Source of the DNA: Octopus bimaculoides
Lineage: Eukaryota
Length of the DNA stretch: 64,000 nucleotides
NCBI RefSeq assembly: GCF_001194135.2
Contig: NC_068989.1
Location: forward strand, 19,552,412-19,616,411
Direction: 5' to 3'
Every line of letters begins with the position of its first letter. Position 1 is the first letter of the stretch. Below are positions 62,921 through 64,000 of the stretch, in pieces. The notes below the pieces were generated by a model, which was not told where the DNA came from, searched no databases, and saw nothing but the letters and a program-made list of their open reading frames with translations. The position numbers and the translations under genes are program-made.

Positions 62921-63334
62921 TACTCTTTTACTCTTTTACTTGTTTCAGTCATATGACTGCGGTCATGCTGGAGCACCACCTTTAGTTGAGCAAATCGACC
63001 CCAGGACTTATTTTTTGGAAGCCTAGTACTTATTCTATCGGTCTCTTTTGCCGAACCGCTAAGTTACGGGTGACGTAAACACACCACCATCGGTTGTCAA
63101 GTGATGTTGCGGGGACAAGCAGACACACAAACATATACACACACATACATATATATATATATACATATATACGACAGGCTTCTTTCAGTTTCCGTCTACC
63201 AAATCCACTCACAAGGCTTTGGTCGGCTCGAGGCTATAGTAGAAGACACTTGCCCAAGGTGCCACGCAGTGGGACTGAACCCGGAACCATGTGGTTGGTA
63301 AGCAAGCTACTTACCACACAGCCACTCCTGCACC
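62921..63334 (-). mobile_element. Full-length young tRNA-headed SINE (Nin-domain-like)
   Basis: Head GGTGCAGGAGTGGCTGTGTGGTAAG...GGTTCCGGGTTCAGTCCC, central (TA/CA)n and tail (AAAAGAGT)n. More than 15 related copies occur in the window. Confidence 0.9.
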
Positions 63335-63700
63335 TATGTTTATTATGTGTAATCCATGGACATCAGGGAAATATGTCCTGTGCATCATATGTGATAAACA
63401 GATCAGGTAGAAGAGTTTAAAATTACGAGTGCATTTCATATAAAAAATTTAAAATTACAACCAAGCTTTGCATGAAATGTCATAACAAAAGAAACCAAAC
63501 AACACCAAAGTGTTTCTAGGTTAAGATTTTCCACAAAATTCATACAGAAAACTATTGCTTACGTTATTTAATTAAGTATACTGATGTGTAACAAAATTAG
63601 CGCAGGCTACTAACCCCAAGATTCCAAATTCAATTCCATATAACAAACTATATAATCAAAATAAAGCTGATAAAAAAATCAAGTATTCATTGTTTATATA

Positions 63701-63870
63701 GGCGCAGGAGTGGCTGTGTGGTAAGTAGCTTGCTTACCAGCCACATGGTTCCGGGTTCATTCCCACTGCGTGGCACCTTGGGCAAGTGTCTTCTACTATA
63801 GCCTCGGGCCGACCAAAGCCTTGTGAGTGGATTTGGTAGACGGAAACTGAAAGAAGCCTGTCGTATATAT
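63701..63870 (+). mobile_element. 5' half of the same SINE family
   Basis: GGCGCAGGAGTGGCTGTGTGGTAAG...GAAAGAAGCCTGTCG, then (TA)n. Confidence 0.9.
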
Positions 63871-64000
63871 GTATACATATATATATATATATATATAATA
63901 ATATTATTAGGGACAAAATCCAAAATTACAGGTAAAAAACTCAATTAAAATCAATTTATAAAAAATTAAAATTAAATTGAGCCTTATAGATAAAGTATAT

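Overview
AT-rich, repeat-dense animal genomic DNA. It is probably an octopus: this is an inference from the SINE/RTE repeat families as I recall them, not from a database search. There are seven N gaps: 8865-9105, 13515-13602, 30890-31651, 34665-34709, 52806-52939, 53580-54027 and 59559-59772. The one firmly identifiable gene is the complete 40S ribosomal protein S21 gene (RPS21) on the minus strand, about 37430 to 28150. It has a 5'-TOP/TCT first exon and five coding exons giving an 83-aa protein. Its introns carry four box H/ACA snoRNAs from two families. One pair is SNORA13/snR35-like and predicted to guide 18S U1248 (human numbering); both copies lie in the same intron. The other pair combines a SNORA5-type guide hairpin (18S U1238) with an 18S U36 guide hairpin. 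Left of RPS21 is a chain of small, well-flanked minus-strand candidate exons (471, 61/55, 27, 12 and 48 nt) of an unidentified gene. It includes a tandemly duplicated exon cassette whose 5' splice site is predicted to be folded into a conserved hairpin. A Penelope-type repeat in one of its introns holds a minimal hammerhead ribozyme motif. The rest is SINEs, mariner/Tc1 and piggyBac relics and MITEs, LINE relics (RTE, HERO, Penelope), a degenerate 5S rRNA copy and microsatellites. No CRISPR arrays or intact tRNA genes were seen.
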